DNA of 64,000 nt from the human T2T-CHM13v2.0 reference genome, Homo sapiens: assembly GCF_009914755.1 (NCBI RefSeq), contig NC_060928.1; one strand, written 5' to 3'. The translations under genes and the position numbers were made by a program. Below the pieces are notes generated by a model. That model made no database searches, had not been told where the DNA came from, and saw only the letters and a list, made by a program, of their open reading frames with translations. Below are positions 62,582 through 64,000 of this stretch, in pieces. How positions within the stretch are numbered: position 1 is the stretch's first letter; every line of letters begins with the position of its first letter.

Positions 62582-63220
62582 TAGCCAGTAAGGTCTCGAT
62601 CTCCTGACCTTGTGATCTGCCCACCTCAGCCTCCCAAAGTGCTGGGATTACAGGCGTGAGCCACTGCGCCCAGCCTGGACTAGCCTTAATGTTAAAACAT
62701 GACAAAGATATCTTTTTTAAAAAAAGGAAATTATAGTAGCAGTAATAGGAAGTTAGATATATACAAAATAATTAATCAAATAAGTAAATATATTAAATTA
62801 TACATAGAATAACATACAGCTAATTTTCTCACTCTCAAAGAAGAGGATAGCAAACTACACCAAACTCTGTGATGTTGGATTAGAATTAAAGGTATCTTTG
62901 TAGATTTCAGTAAGCATAGAAATGAAAATACAACATATCAAAAGCTGTGGGATGAAGGTAAAGCAGTGCTTAGAGGAAAATGTGTAGCTTTACATGCTTA
63001 CATTACAAAACAAAACAAAACAAAAAACAAAAAACTAAGTGACCAAGTGATGGGTTTCCTTAAGAACCTAGAAAAATTGAGAGAATAAACTCAAAGTAAG
63101 TAAAAGGGGAAAACTAAGAGGAGACATCAATAAAATAGGGAACTGACAGATAACAGAGGAAATTAACAATGCCAAAGGCTTGATTTTGTTGAAAAACACA
63201 ACAAAATTGACAAACTCCTA

Positions 63221-63706
<486 letters not shown>

Positions 63707-64000
63707 CTACCAAAAGAGACACAAGAAGAAACAGAAAATCTGAATAGCACTGTATATTTTAAAGAAATTGAGAGGCCGGGCGCAGTGGTTCACACTCCCA
63801 GCACTTTGGGAGGCCGAGACGGGCGGATCACGAGATCAGGAGATCAAGACCATCCTGGCTAACACGGTGAAACCCCATCTCTACTAAAAATACAAAAAAA
63901 TTAGCCGGGCATAGTGGCGGGCGCCTGTAGTCCCAGCTACTTGGGAGGCTGAGGCAGGAGGATGGCATGAACCTGGGAGGCAGAGCTTGCAGTGAGCCGA

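Overview
Human (primate) genomic DNA matching the THAP6-ODAPH(C4orf26)-CDKL2 locus (4q21.1). Left to right: the last coding exon and ~3 kb 3'UTR of THAP6 (+); a repeat-dense interval with ERVL pol remnants, a full-length THE1 provirus whose 5' LTR carries a twin-primed L1PA insertion, MLT1/MLT2/MER6/Tigger3 elements and many Alus; the complete two-exon enamel gene ODAPH (+), with a 44-nt cassette exon that would shift its last exon into a second long reading frame; a perfect CTCF core; then the non-coding last exon and stop-containing penultimate exon of CDKL2 (-). The CDKL2 intron upstream holds an old L1 carrying a full-length, still-open COX6C retrocopy of ancestral-looking sequence. Most ORFs in the supplied track are Alu, L1 or LTR artefacts. 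I found no convincing wholly new multi-gene system. The best leads are the dual-frame ODAPH exon, the intact COX6C retro-ORF, a candidate alternative THAP6 last exon and the ODAPH promoter architecture. Gene and repeat identities come from recognition, not database searches, and repeat boundaries are approximate unless TSDs are quoted.
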